The notes: generated from the letters alone by a model not told the origin. A stretch of DNA of 64,000 nucleotides from Octopus bimaculoides (GCF_001194135.2 NC_068992.1:53126780-53190779); one strand, 5' to 3'; positions 13,300-26,133 are shown, numbered from the stretch's first letter. Numbers and translations are program-made.

Positions 13300-13670
13300 C
13301 TTTCTCACTCTTTCTATCTCACTATATATATATATATATAATATATTATAAGGTTTTTAAACTTTTAAATTTTCATATTCAAAAGAGACAGAGACTTCAA
13401 ATTCGATATATCGATTTATTCACCACTCTATATTAACATATATGGATAGGTATACGGGTAAAGTGTATGTATGCATATGTATACGGGTAATATAGTATAG
13501 TAAAGAGAAATAAACAAAATAATTAATTAATCTAGTGGAAATCCACAGGAGAGCAATAAAAATAGAAAATTAAGGAGTTATCTCCCCTATAATAACAAAG
13601 ACGAAAACTAACGAGATCCTAAAGATTTAATAATAGTTATGTATGTGTTTTTTCGTGTTTTGTTCGAAAG

Positions 13671-13754
13671 GTAACCACTCCTGAAGAAGTGCCAAATGTC
13701 TAAATCCAATGGACCAGTCATTGGATAAGTTTGGCACAGAAATGTTAACATAGC
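13671..13754 (+). ncRNA. Type-I hammerhead ribozyme-like motif, probably from a Penelope-like element or retrozyme; truncated by a gap
   Basis: Core CTGAAGA (13681-87). Helix II is GTGCCAAA/TTTGGCAC plus ATCCAATG/CATTGGAT. It is followed by GAA (13739-41), the palindromic helix III ATGTTAACAT and the cleavage triplet AUA. Confidence 0.6.
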
Positions 13755-14649
13755 NNNNNNNNNNNNNNNNNNNNNNNNNNNNNNNNNNNNNNNNNNNNNN
13801 NNNNNNNNNNNNNNNNNNNNNNNNNNNNNNNNNNNNNNNNNNNNNNNNNNNNNNNNNNNNNNNNNNNNNNNNNNNNNNNNNNNNNNNNNNNNNNNNNNNN
13901 NNNNNNNNNNNNNNNNNNNNNNNNNNNNNNNNNNNNNNNNNNNNNNNNNNNNNNNNNNNNNNNNNNNNNNNNNNNNNNNNNNNNNNNNNNNNNNNNNNNN
14001 NNNNNNNNNNNNNNNNNNNNNNNNNNNNNNNNNNNNNNNNNNNNNNNNNNNNNNNNNNNNNNNNNNNNNNNNNNNNNNNNNNNNNNNNNNNNNNNNNNNN
14101 NNNNNNNNNNNNNNNNNNNNNNNNNNNNNNNNNNNNNNNNNNNNNNNNNNNNNNNNNNNNNNNNNNNNNNNNNNNNNNNNNNNNNNNNNNNNNNNNNNNN
14201 NNNNNNNNNNNNNNNNNNNNNNNNNNNNNNNNNNNNNNNNNNNNNNNNTATATATATATATATATATATATGTACATACATATCATACATTATAAATACA
14301 TACATATATACATGCATCCATACATACACACTTAGACAGGTAGACAGAGAATATTTACAAGTCTCTACTTCAGAAAGCGAGCTTGTCTGAACGTAAGTTA
14401 AAAACTCTCCTCAACTGTACACTTATTGTTAATGGGAAGTGAAGCTGTTGATGGAATCTCGTATCAAAGTCTTGGTAATACTATCCTGTCAGCGATGTTG
14501 AGTGGAGTCATCACAGATGGTCATTACAAGTTCTAATCAAGCCAGTCTCACTGATGTAAGCTGAGTGCCATTATCTCAACACCAAAATTATCTTGCCACA
14601 AACGCAACACATCATACATACACACACACGCACACACACACGTATATAT

Positions 14650-14696
<47 letters not shown>

Positions 14697-17600
14697 TGTG
14701 TATGAATGTATGTATGCATTTACCTTTGCGTGTCCGTGTGTGTGTGTGAGTGTATGTAGGAGCGGATGCAGTTTGTTGCTACAGAGACTAAAATCGATAA
14801 ATTGCACAGAATATCGATTACCCAGTGTTTATGTTCATTTTGATTTTGTTATTAAAGAAAACATTCTTTTTATTATTATTAAGAATATTGTTACTTTTGT
14901 TGATGTTATTATTGCTGATATGATAATGATAGTTATTTTTATTATTACTATCATTATTAAAATTATTATTAACATTAACAGCATCAGCATTATCAACATC
15001 ATGTTTTCAATACATTAGTTTCATCCGTGTATTTACTACACGAATAAGTATCTGATCTCCATTGACAAGAATACAATAGATTTCGGATTTTCTCGTTCTA
15101 ATCTCCCGAAATATATCAATAAGGGATACCTTATTGCTGGGACCCTAAATAGTATATATTATATATAAAGGGTATATATAGTAGGTCCGTAGTATTAATT
15201 CTGTTTATTTCTTATTGTGCAGTACCGCCATGATCCAAGTGAACATGAAAGAATACACAATTTGGACTTCGATTTTATAAATACAGAGCGATTTACCAAA
15301 ACGTACAATGAATTATTGTAGCCGCTACAATAATTCAATGTAACGTATAAAATTTTAAAATTTTTTTAATTTTTTTTATTTTGCGTATTAGATTCATTAG
15401 CTGCAAAATTGTTGTAGGCGAAAGATTACGCTTTGTGTAAGAGGCGGAATCAAGTTACTGTTGGAAATAATTGTATATCAAATTATTTAAATATCTAATC
15501 CAATTGCTATAATGGTTGATCAATTACATGCACTTTTCTGAATTTGATGTAATCTTGAATTAAGCTACAGGTTTCTTAAAACGACAACTTAGTTTCGATG
15601 ATCTAAGAATGTTGTCTTAATGATGTTTACATGTGACATAACGTGTAATATATATTCACTTCCGGCAATAATTTTTACAACACTACATGCATCATACGTA
15701 TTTATACCAGGATATATAGAAATGTTTTTAATGATGATAGAGAACACGTTGTAATACTTACTGCTGCCTCTTCTAAAAATATTTATTGTTTTGACCCATG
15801 AAATGCTCGCTTTGAAATAGATTGGTAAAAAATACCGAATTGACACAATACCCATTTGAAACTTAGAATGAGTAAATACACTCCCACTATAGAATATTAT
15901 AATTATATGATATTTCTCTTTGTGAAATAAATATGCTTAAAAAATGCATCACAAATTTTTCACCACATTGAATTATATATANNNNNNNNNNNNNNNNNNN
16001 NNNNNNNNNNNNNNNNNNNNNNNNNNNNNNNNNNNNNNNNNNNNNNNNNNNNNNNNNNNNNNNNNNNNNNNNNNNNNNNNNNNNNNNNNNNNNNNATACA
16101 TATGTTTATATATATTTATACATACATACATATATGCTTAGATGTGTCGGAATCCGTTCGTACATATAAAACCTGACAATTCGAATAGAAACAATACGTT
16201 ACAGGTATATCAAATTCGCAATGTCGTCTTGAGTGTATATTAACATTTTAATGCCGAGGGTAACACGTTAGATACACTCCACTTTGGTACTACTACATTA
16301 ATTATCCGATGTGCCCATTGTATTGAGTCTGATTTGAGAGTTATTTGAATATTACATCTAACTAATTTTGCTGTAATATAATGTCGTTTTATTTTTTCCA
16401 TTGTTTAATTCTAGTTGAAAGAGACTGACACAAAAAGATTCCAACACTGAAGCCACGGAGGCTTTTTCGTTTTTCTTGTTCACCATGTATAATTTTATCC
16501 AATATTTATTTCCCTTCACTCAAAACGCAGCAGTGTAATTTTACAGGTTCTGCCATTTTTCAGACGAGTCACAATTTACGTCCTCACTCAGTGCCTAGTC
16601 GTCATTTCATTTGGCTATACTTACATTCTCTCAGTGTAATGCTTTGTGTAGACATGTTTTCCGTATATTTTATGTAGTATCGAATTACAAGTCAATCCAC
16701 TGCTCCCAATGATTCACATAGGTATTGTTTTAATCCTCATATTATATTCCTTTTGATAAGGCACATTGACTTGAATTTACGAGAGAAGAAATGGGAAGTT
16801 GTGATGTGCTTGGAATTTAGAAGGGGATTATTGACCTGAATGAAATGAAAGGGCTTCAATTGGTAATTCTGATAGCATCGTCGACTCGGCTCAACAGATT
16901 CCTTTTTAGTCAGTCCGGCTGGCGCTGCACAAATGTTAAAGTATTGTGGCATGATTGATGTATATTTTGTTCAACTGATACAATAATGGCATGAACACAT
17001 CTAATCAAAGATTGAAATGTTTGAAGGTAACATAAGTATTGTTCGAGAATTTAATTATATACATTCAGTGTGTTTCTTTTCTTTGATCTTACCAGCGTAG
17101 AAAGTAAAGTGTTATTGTGTAATACCAGAACAGAGACATTTAGGTTATGTTGCAGATTGTGGAGAATCCTGAAACATTATAGTTTACAGGGTTTCGTACA
17201 ATTCTCTGATTTCTTACAAATTTAATGCAATGCTCTTACTGACTTTTAGATGTGACTTAATGGGGAAGATAATTTTATCTCAGTGGCACGCAGTCTTTCG
17301 TATATATATAGCTGCGACATGTGTAATACAAATCACCATTAGTTTGTACAGGCCTCCCCTCACGTGTTTATTTGATGAGTTTCTTCTTTACGTATTAAAA
17401 TTACTTTACTTTAATATATCGGGTTTTATCATTCAGGGCATCAGTATTTGCCAACTTTTACGTCCTACTGTAGTTTTCTTTTAACATGAATCAAGTTTTG
17501 TACAAGAAAGCATCTATGCATTGAATCTACGGAATAATGGAATTGTTTGTGTAATGAAGGAATATAAATTTCTTACTTAACAATTCCTTTTGTGGAATTT

Positions 17601-18279
17601 TGAAGCCTGCACTTATTTTCCCGAAACTATCATTTTAATTATGAGAAATATAATCCAATGCATAAACATGCCCATTCACAAACCTTTCCTTTAATGCTAA
17701 ATTTTGTGGTGATGGATTTTAAATCCAAATAAAAGTGTTCTTATGTTCTCCTGTTATATATTTTCGTTGACTTAACATCAAAATTCTCAATTACATGATA
17801 ATTAAAATGAATTAATCAGTACGTTTGTGTGTTTCTAGTAATTACATTTTGCACGGTTTTGATTTCTGTTCCAAATACTAATCCTACTCGTATGTTTTGG
17901 TACAAGAATTGCCACTCTTCTGTACATGTCAAGTTCTCCTAACTTAGAAGCGATTTTATTTTTTTTATATTCATTTGTCACTTTATATATTTATAAATAT
18001 GTTTTATGAATTCCTGATGTTTAGTGATTACAAAATCCCTTTTACATTCATGGATGGATTTATTAGATGAAACAAACATAATTTTATAGTATTCATACAC
18101 AAGATAGGAACTTCGCTGTAAATGCAGTGAAGTCTAATTCAATGCAGATGTCTGTTAATACTCTCAAAACCGTGTGAAGCTAAAGAAAAAAACTGATATC
18201 AGCCAGCATCCGGTCGACTTTTAAGAAGCGATAACTAATGACCTTCGTATTTTATTCTTACGCTAATTGGATGAATTCT

Positions 18280-18494
18280 AATACCGGTTTCAAATTTTGG
18301 AATAACGCAAGCAATTTCGAGGGAGCGGGTAATTTGAGTACATCGACCCCAGTGTTGAAATGTTATTCATGTTACAGACCGCGAAAGGATGAAGTGTAAA
18401 GTGGACCTCAGCGGAATTTGAGCGCAGAACATAGCGACGGAAAATATGACGCTAAGCATCTTGCCCGGCGTCCTAAAGATTCTGCCATCTCGCC
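18280..18494 (-). mobile_element. SINE family B
   Basis: Reverse complement of the family B head (GATTCTGCCATCTCGCC) and core (CATCGACCCCAGTG, AAAGGATGAAG). Confidence 0.85.
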
Positions 18495-18525
18495 GACTTG
18501 AAATCTAATATTAGCAATATTTTAA

Positions 18526-18692
18526 GGCAGCGAGCTAGCAGAATCGTTAGCACGCCGATCTGAGTTCAAATTCCGTGTAGGTCGGTTGCGCTGTCCATCT
18601 TCTCGAGGTGTATAAAATAAGTGCCAATCGAACACTGGGGTCGATCTAATTACCTTATGCCCTCCTTTGAAATCGTGCTAAAAATTTGAAAT
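18526..18692 (+). mobile_element. SINE family B with internal deletion and 18-bp target site duplication
   Basis: Head GGCAGCGAGCTAGCAGAATCGTTAGCACGCCG and B-box GAGTTCAAATTCC. Flanked by TAATATTAGCAAT(A/G)TTTT at 18506-18523 and 18693-18710. Confidence 0.85.
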
Positions 18693-19083
18693 TAATATTA
18701 GCAATGTTTTCTACCAATGCTTTGATATTATTGATATGAAAATTTTATTCCGCACACATATCTAATTCAAAATTTTCGTTATAGTGAAAATAATAAGAGG
18801 GATTGTTTAGAACAGCAGACGATCGCTTCTTAGTGATAGTAGTTTATATCCCGTCACTGGCTGTAAAAATATCTCACCGTGTACATCAATACAAGTTCCA
18901 TTGAAATTTCTAGGGACAAAAGCAAAGGAAATAAATGTAATGAGCTTTCACAAGTGTATGAATATTTATCTCTCAGGTTCCACGTCATAATGTCTTAAAA
19001 ACACCAGCCAAATTGCCTGATAAATTATTTAGACGACTTATGGTTGGAATATCGAGGTTACAGTGGAAGAGATGAAAATGTTT

Positions 19084-19296
19084 GTTCCAAATTTTGGCAC
19101 TAGGTCATCAAGATCGGGGAAGGGTTTAAATCGATTATCTCGACAGCAGAGCTCAACTGACACTTATTTTATCGACTCCGAAATGATGTAGGGCAAAGTT
19201 GACCTTGTGAGAAATTGAACCCAGAACGTAAGGACGGACTAAATGTAGCTATGCAATTTGTCCAGCGTGCTAATGATTCTGCCAGCTCGCCACCTT
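19084..19296 (-). mobile_element. SINE family B
   Basis: AATTTTGGCACTAGG...CACTTATTTTATCGACTCCGAA...GATTCTGCCAGCTCGCCACCTT. Confidence 0.85.
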
Positions 19297-20881
19297 CATT
19301 CAGTGATGAAAATATTAACGATAGCTTAGACATCAGAAGGAGAAACAATCTTTCTATGTTTACTTTCTCTCCGTCGGTTTCTCGACCACTCTCTCTTTCT
19401 CTATCTCCCTCTATATCTCTCGCTCTCTTTCTCTTTCTTATTGTCTTCCTCTTAACTCAGGCAATTTTTACACTTACTGTAAGGACAAATATGTGTCTCA
19501 ATGTGAACCTAAAAGAAGAAAAATGTCCGTTTATGACGATGTTCTTCCTGTTACTTTTTCATACTTAAGTTTGGTTAAATTTTGCGTCCATTACCTGAGC
19601 TATTTCTAGCATTGGAAATAAGCTTATATGATTCAATTCCATGTAACGTCATTAATTTCCGTTGAACACGATGTAAGTTTTGTTAAGGTTTTATCAACAA
19701 TTTACAGCTTCCTATAAGTAATGAAATGTTATTTGTATTGGCATGTAATTAAATGATGATGTATAAAAGCTTTTGGAAAGAAAGAAGGGAAAGGCAATTA
19801 TCTGTTATACAGCTCTCTCAATATGTCAATAGTTTACCTTAGTTGCAGTTAACTGGAATGGTAACTGACTGTATTTATTTTTCTTTATTTTTAACTCTAG
19901 AGCAATTTGGTTCATATATGACGACCAAACGCTAAGTTATAGACAGATTTATTCTGCATAAATGTATTACGTTTTATTTTCCATATAGAAATTGTCAATA
20001 CCTTAATGCTAACAATTTCTGAGATTACACCTACTTCCAAATCTAACATGAAACTAAGCGCATGTGGTACAGTACTATACATCATCGTTTATTCGCCTAA
20101 TCTAAGAAGATACTAAATATAAAAGTGACGAGCCCTGGTACATTTCAGTTATATAAAATAACGCAGAAACTCCTAATATGTCATTGGTGAAAGATATTGA
20201 ATACGTTTTTATTGTTAATATGAATTTTGTTTTCAATTAACTACCTTAAATATTTATACTATTCCATAGCTAGAGAGGAGAAACGTCACAAATTTTTGTT
20301 CGGAAACTGATCAAAGAATATTGATAATTGTATGCGTAAAGCTTCACTTGCATTGAAAATTTGTCTTAATCAACAATTTTAACGGAGATCAAATAACGAA
20401 AAAGAATAAATAAAATTATCGCAATTACTAAGTTTAATCATGTATGAACACAATTCAAATTCAGTCCCATGCTGTGTTTTTTCTTGTGTCTCTGGGTGAT
20501 TTGTATCGCTTTATCTTGGCGTGGTTTCAGTTTCAATCCCAATGAGACAGTTCGCATATTTACTTGAATCTGCTAACGTCTTTGGAGAGAAATTTGTAGA
20601 AGCGAAACGGAAACTATGTTTTAAATCTATCAACTTATAAGTGGATTTTGCATTTTATATTTGCCTGAGCAAGTGGGAGTCAATAATATTACATTACCAG
20701 ACATTAAAGAGAAGATGATTGATTAATATAAATGGACATCATTGAAACACAATACTGAAGGCGACAGTTCTCTATGACATCGAAAATACTGTTTACACAG
20801 AAACATATTGACCTGAGAGGGCTGTGTTGTGAATATAATTCTATCAAATCAAGGGGCTTCGCGAAAGTTATTTATTACTCT

Positions 20882-21065
20882 CACTCTCTCTCTCTCCATC
20901 TATCTCTCTACCTCTTCGTTTTTCCCTCTCCCTTTCTATCTATCTATCTATCTCTTTCACTCACTCTCCCTCCAAATTTCTAACAGATATCACACAATTT
21001 GCTCACCCACTTCATGTACATACCTCCTGCCCCACTGCTCACTCACCTCCCTCTCTCTCTCTCTG

Positions 21066-21114
<49 letters not shown>

Positions 21115-21121
21115 CTCTCTC
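20882..21121. repeat. (CT)n/(TATC)n pyrimidine-rich microsatellite region
   Basis: Direct reading. Confidence 0.9.
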
Positions 21122-22512
21122 ATCGTCTCATTCTTTCTGGCACTCAGTCACACTTTCTTTTTACCCCTCGATAATTCTTTTCGAAATCAGTTGTAAGCAT
21201 TGTGGCCAGCTCCAATTATAACAATGACGCATTTTCTTTATCCTGCTATATCGAAGAGTCTCTGCAAAAAAGTCATAGGATGTTTCTTCTGATAAATACT
21301 TTAAAACGAATTCCTGATATTCGGGATTCGTGATGGGTTATTCTTGATTGAAATGGAGAAGGCATACGACATCTGCTGTGTAGTATATCAGGGATAAATA
21401 AATTTGCGCATATGAATTACTACATTTAGTTTTGCAACCGAGATTCTGATAGAATATACGTTAAATTTTCATTGCAAACATATGTCTGAATATAGTTGTT
21501 TCCTATCATATTTCAGATGAAATTCAATAATTACTCGAAAAATTCAATTTGTATCTACTTTCTTTATAATTGAATGATTATACGTTTAATAAAATAATTG
21601 TATTTTATAAACGTTTGAAGGGAATATTCAACATAGTATCATCAAATAGCTTACAGGGTTTGGAATTAAATAATTTTAGACACAATTTTGTTAATGAAGA
21701 CTTACACAACAAAATAATTAGTGAATAAATATGATTTTAGACTCATTACTAAACAATCAGTTATGTCAGCAATATATCAACTTTTCCAATAACAAAAAAT
21801 CAGTATCAATATAAAACATGCATACATACATACATATGTATGCCTATATGTATACACACACATATACATACATGGACACACGCACACACGCATATATATA
21901 CATATATGAATAAATAGATAGATATACATACATACACACACACTCATATTTATATCGATGCAATATTTATCAATATTTTCTCTTATTTATTTTCAAGCTT
22001 TATCAAATTGAATATGGAACTGCTCGAGAACTGCTCGCATCGCCCCCAGAAGTGATGGTTCAAGCTGGCATTGAATTAATCATCTATAATTTACAAACCA
22101 CTCGGCTAGGACACATAATATAAAATGACCCTCTTTTAAATGTATACATGGACATTAGGACAAATACATATGTGAGTATAAGCGTACATAGATGCAGGTG
22201 TAGAAATTCCCTGTGAGCGCTAAATATCAATAAAAGCGAAGAATGTATTGGGACGTTTCTTACAAAGCTATTTATGCTGTCATAATATTTCAGAAAAAAA
22301 CAATATCCCTTTTCTAAAATCCACAGAGTGCAACACAAAACAATGATACGTACAATAATCCTTATTTCTTTCATGTTTTACAATATTTATACAGACGTGA
22401 ACTGTCGAAATAGTGCATATACTTACAATACACTTGCCCTATTTTTCACATTAAGAATCTAAGATTCATTACGCATTGGTGATCAAAAGGTTTTACTTAT
22501 TCGTTTATAACT

Positions 22513-22697
22513 GTTTCGAATTATGGCACAAGACTGCATCTAAGACCAGTGCTCAACTGGCACTTATTTTATCGACGCCGAAAGATCAGAGGCAAAGTCG
22601 ACCTCGGCAAAATTTCAAGTCCGAATGTAAAGATGGACGAAATGTCACTAGATATTTTACCCATTTTGTTAACTATTCTGCCAGTACATCGCCATCC
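22513..22697 (-). mobile_element. SINE family B
   Basis: GGCACAAG...CAACTGGCACTTATTTTATCGAC...GGCAAAGTCGACCTCGGC...TTCTGCCAG. Confidence 0.85.
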
Positions 22698-23629
22698 TTG
22701 GTCGTTAACAATATATTTCAACACTCTGCTTAATTTACATTCCAACTATGCACTTTATCGAATGACGGTCAATACGAATACACTACGTCAAAGCAAAGAG
22801 ACATACAGGCAGAGTAATGTAATTAAGTAGTATGGCAACAAGATACCCCAAGAGATACTTGTCCTTGACATCGAAAATGCTATTTATACAGTATCATATT
22901 AAAGTGGCATCCCTGCGTTCTGTACTTTATTTTAACAAATCTATGGAATTTACACGAATCATTGAAATTCTTGTTGCTTATTTCTAATAGATTTCACAAG
23001 ATTTGCATTGTAGCTTCTCAAACGGTTATCTCGTCATCTCTGTCCAACTCTCTCTTCTCTGCTTTTATGTCTCTTTCTTTTGCTCTCATTCTCAGTGTAT
23101 CTTTCTCTTCACCACTCAATCTCTTAACTATCTGTATTACCTCTCGAAATCACTGTATTTGTCCAGAATATTTGTGTCACTTTATATCAAGAAGAGTAGT
23201 CGTAATACTACCAGAAACACACAGCTGCATTAACGTATATGCGCGCATATATGTATATGTATATTTGTGCGGAAATATATCTACATGTACATACAATGCA
23301 CAACACAGGGAACGCTAATAAAAAAAATTGGTAATTGATTTCAGTCTAGAATGAAGAAAATACACGTCATATCATGATATTTCATCGCTGGATAAAAAGG
23401 AAAGAAGAGAAGTGATTCAACAGAGATAAAGGCGAAAACTGTAGATGTTAATAATTTACGAAATTGAAATAAGATTGGATAAGTAGTGGAAAGTGTTATT
23501 TCAGTAAAAATTGGAAAGTAAAGTTGGTAATTAGTGCGGGGTTGCCATGTCTATACGGAGCTTAATACGTCTATCGCACGTGAATTAGCGTTGTAAATTA
23601 TTATTGTTGTGTGGTATGTATAATATTCT

Positions 23630-23762
23630 TTTCTATTCTATGCACAAGACCCGAAAATTTTACGAAAGGGGCCAGTCGATTAGATCGAAACAAATACGCG
23701 ACTGGTACTTGATTTATTTCCCCCGAAAGGATGAAAGGCAAAGTCAACCTCACCGTAATTTT
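23630..23762 (-). mobile_element. SINE family B, 3' half
   Basis: GGGGCCAGTCGATTAGATCGA...ACTGGTACTT...GAAAGGATGAAAGGCAAAGTCAACCTC. Confidence 0.85.
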
Positions 23763-24377
23763 AAGTGGTGTGTGTAATATTGTGTGAGAGCGTATGTTGG
23801 TGTATGGTAGTAATAGTTGAATTTATATTAGTGTGATATATGCGTGGATGCTGTGTGAGTTTATGATGAACTAACGAGTTCAGTGAAGTGCAATGCTGTT
23901 GTGTCGTGTATGTAGATTTTAGAAAAGACGCTATATGATCGTACAAAAGCACGCGTTTTGGCATTCTTCCAATTTGTCAACAACAAACAGTAAATCTGTT
24001 ATTCACAACCGAATAAGAATTAATTCGTTCTTACAAGAATAGCATACGTTACTTTTCCTGAACTGAGTAAAGTTTGGTTAAGCAAAAATTAACAGAGGCA
24101 ATTTCTCACGAAATAATCTGGAATAAAATATGTGTGAAAAACCATTATTATCACGTTTGTGTGAACTCCAAGGATAGAATATTTCTACACTCTAAACATT
24201 ACCGGGAGAAATTTTTTTTGTTTTGACATGTGTGGAAACATTTATATTGTGCTGTGGATGACGTTGAATCACATGGCGCATCTTCGGGCTTCGGGAATCC
24301 AAGTGTCCCGTGTCAAAAAGGCAGAGAGATGAGAAAATTAGTTACGCGTCACGTGTTGGCAATAGATAGAAGAGAAG

Positions 24378-24455
24378 GAGGATGAAAGAGAGAGGAATAG
24401 AGAGAGAGAGAGGGGAGAGAGAGAGAGAGAGAGGGGGAGAGAGAGAGAGAGAGAG
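24378..24455. repeat. (GA)n microsatellite
   Basis: Direct reading. Confidence 0.95.
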
Positions 24456-24855
24456 CGGCATGCCTACTATTGGGGATATTTTTTGGCAAATTTCGTTCTA
24501 AATTTTCACTTTGCTAAAGGCAAACACCTTTTGTATAGAAATTGATTAATTAAATCATTTTCAAGATTCCTAAAAGTGCTACATTCTTCAGACTGAAGGT
24601 TACGCTCATACTGTTCATGAAAATATATCTTTTAGCATTTAACTTTTCCAGAAAAAAAATATCGTATAAATTGAAAATAAAGTTTTATAAAAGATAATTA
24701 AAATGTATCATTATTAATAATCGAATTAAATCAGAAACACTCGAAATTCTTCTGGCAATTACTATTGTCATTATATGTATTAATCTTTATCTGTCATTAT
24801 TGACATTGTTATAGTTATATATTTGCGATCATAATTATCAACCCATAAGAAAAAT

Positions 24856-24877
24856 ACTACTACTGCTGCTGCTGCTG

Positions 24878-24941
<64 letters not shown>

Positions 24942-24960
24942 GACGACGACGACGACGACA
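24856..24960. repeat. Compound (ACT)/(GCT)/(ACG) trinucleotide repeat
   Basis: Direct reading. Confidence 0.95.
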
Positions 24961-25019
24961 GATATTAATAATGATAATAGTTTAAAATTTTGCCACAAGG
25001 GCAGCGATTTGGGGTGACA

Positions 25020-25178
25020 ATTATTATTATTATTATTCAGTAGTTTTATTTTTATGACGTGCTTTCACTTCACTACCGAGCGCAGCTCTGTGCGCCTTGG
25101 GTATGTGCTGTGGTTTGCTGTGGTGCTCTTATGTTTACTGTATTGAAAGTGTTTTGCGTAGAATGTGTGCAGTACCCA
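25020..25178 (-). mobile_element. 5'-truncated R4/Dong-clade (RLE) LINE 3' end with (TAA)n tail
   Basis: Minus strand 25176-25135 encodes GTAHILRKTLSIQ*, cf. the R4/Dong C-terminus ..LLGTAHILRK... A ~100-nt 3'UTR and a (TAA)n tail follow. The element is embedded in a (TAA)n tract. Confidence 0.8.
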
Positions 25179-25244
<66 letters not shown>

Positions 25245-25245
25245 C
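25179..25245. repeat. (ATT)n microsatellite
   Basis: Direct reading. Confidence 0.97.
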
Positions 25246-25260
25246 ATTATTGTTTGTCTT

Positions 25261-25385
25261 TCTACTATATGCACAAGGCCTGAAACTGGTACTTTATTTA
25301 TCGACCCCGAAAATCCACCTCGGCAAAATTTGAACTCAGGTTGTACAAATGGAAGAAATGCTGCTGAACGACTAATAATGATCCT
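25261..25385 (-). mobile_element. SINE family B, deleted copy
   Basis: GCACAAGGCCTGAAA|CTGGTACTTTATTTATCGACCCCGAA|...CCTCGGCAAAATTTGAACTCAG. Confidence 0.75.
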
Positions 25386-25397
25386 TTTTTTTATTAA

Positions 25398-25530
25398 AGG
25401 GGCAGAGCCTGACATTTTTGGCGAAGGGACAAGTCAATAATATCGACACTGTTGTTTCACTGGTACTTAATTTATCGACCCCAAAAGGATGAAAGTCAAC
25501 GTCGTCCTAGACGGAATTTAAGTTAAGATC
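25398..25530 (-). mobile_element. SINE family B, 3' part
   Basis: CACTGGTACTTAATTTATCGACCCCAAAAGGATGAAAG. Confidence 0.75.
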
Positions 25531-25880
25531 TTGGGTTCTGTACATAGTCTACCTGAGAAACTGTATCCATATTTAATGATGAAGTTCTCTGAATATAAAA
25601 TCTTACAGAATTTTGATGAAATTTATTTAAGATACAAATATGTATACCATGTGCCTGTTTGTGTGTTTTTGATTCTCATTCATTAGCATAAAATAAACCG
25701 ATTTAATATTTTATTACATTATAATTAATTATCCTTGCCTTAAGCAAGTTAATTAAAGAAACAGTATTTCTCACCAACACAAATTAGAAAGACAAATCTA
25801 CCAGACGAATATGTTTTCGGAAAAAAATATTGTAAGCCATCATTACAATTTATGCAGTTATTCAGCATATAATATATATA

Positions 25881-25935
<55 letters not shown>

Positions 25936-25970
25936 GCAAGCATACAAAGATATATATCAATTGTGTATGT

Positions 25971-26133
25971 TCTTTTATTCTTTTATTTGTTTCAGTCATT
26001 TGGCTGAAGCCATGCTGGAGCACCGCCTTTAGTCGAACGCCGAAACGCTGAGATACGGGTACATAAACACACCAACATCGGTTGTCAAGCGATGATAGGG
26101 GGACAAACACGGATACACAAAACATATACACAT
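25971..26133 (-). mobile_element. SINE family A, 3' part with internal deletion
   Basis: TTTCAGTCATTTGGCTGAAGCCATGCTGGAGCACCGCCTTTAGTCGA...CATCGGTTGTCAAGCGATG...GGGGGACAAACAC. Confidence 0.9.

Noticed and set aside
14340-14540. Short protein-like stretches (NIYKSLLQKASLSER; MGSEAVDGISYQSLG...) near GTAAGT/GTAAGC
   Set aside because: Short, in different frames, poor acceptors and no recognised family.
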